Assembly: GCA_016748015.1 (NCBI GenBank)
Contig: JAAOMT010000772.1
Location: 189,541 to 253,540, forward strand
From: Geosiphon pyriformis uo1
Lineage: Eukaryota > Fungi > Glomeromycota
Direction: 5' to 3'
DNA: 64,000 nucleotides
In this document: positions 63,514 to 64,000 of the stretch, one piece after another
Position numbering within the stretch: the stretch's first letter is position 1
How the letters are laid out: each line of letters opens with the position of its first letter
The notes under the pieces: model-generated
The model's database searches: none
What the model saw: the letters and a program-made list of their open reading frames with translations, nothing else
What the model was told of the DNA's origin: nothing
Position numbers and translations under genes: made by a program

Positions 63514-64000
63514 CCCTCTCTTCCTCTTATTTCTATATCTTATCTCTTTTTTATTGATTATAATTTCTATTTAAGATATAGATTTTTGAATTTTGTTAAA
63601 TAATTGTTTAGATAATTTTAAAATTTTGTCTAAAAGATCCATGTTTGAAATTTCTATTGTTTCTTTCTTTGTGGTTTTAAAGCTTATATGCACATAATAT
63701 CTAGATTTTGGCATATGTGTAGCTATGTTTTGATGATTATAATTGGTTCTATATCTCATGGTATATTTTCTGGTCTGATTAATAAAATTTGTGCTCCTAG
63801 TTGTGGTTTCACTAATGTTGATCTTTTTGTTTGATAAATTTTTAAACAATTTCCATGTGCTGTTTTTTTCAGAATTCTGTTTTCTAATTGTAACTTGTAA
63901 GATCTATTTCCTAAAATTTCGTGTATATGAAATGGTTCATCCCATTTTGGATCAAACTTTCTATTTTACTGTTTTTTCACTTTGGTATAATATAACAGTA

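Larger units (their letters stand above)
61954..64000 (-). mobile_element. 3' end of another LTR element (3' LTR from 61954 to ~62810, plus accessory ORFs), running off the window
   Basis: TGTTACAGGTAATTATTT start and ~600 bp of similarity to the solo LTR up to the TATATAT box. ORF 62989-63513 resembles Gypsy ORF3. Inner LTR boundary uncertain. Confidence 0.75.

Overview
Eukaryotic, very AT-rich fungal DNA. The short GT-AG introns, the F-box family and the transposon families point to Glomeromycota; Geosiphon pyriformis is my best guess, by inference only. A gene island (~7.6-30 kb, GC-richer, CpG intact) holds a Kel1/Tea1-like kelch/coiled-coil gene (+, 8 exons), a promethin/LDAF1-like membrane protein, an F-box/LRR gene and an Nrd1/Seb1-like CID-RRM gene (-). 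Both flanks are nested, decaying retroelements. These include several APE-RT-RNaseH LINEs, an ORF1-only LINE derivative sharing the LINE 3' tail, a solo LTR and two partial LTR elements. A structurally complete but stop-riddled Ty3/Gypsy element (49675-59527, -) sits in the RNase H of a full-length LINE. This Gypsy carries a dUTPase and a Cys-rich insert between protease and RT, plus an extra ORF after integrase that has a homologue in a second element. Its two LTRs differ almost only by C/T and G/A transitions in all dinucleotide contexts (about 41 transitions to 1 transversion, counted by hand), suggesting a repeat-targeted, RIP-like hypermutation process. A bacterial-type flavin monooxygenase fragment at 42.4 kb ends exactly at a Tn5/Nextera mosaic-end sequence, so it is probably an assembly chimera rather than real horizontal transfer.
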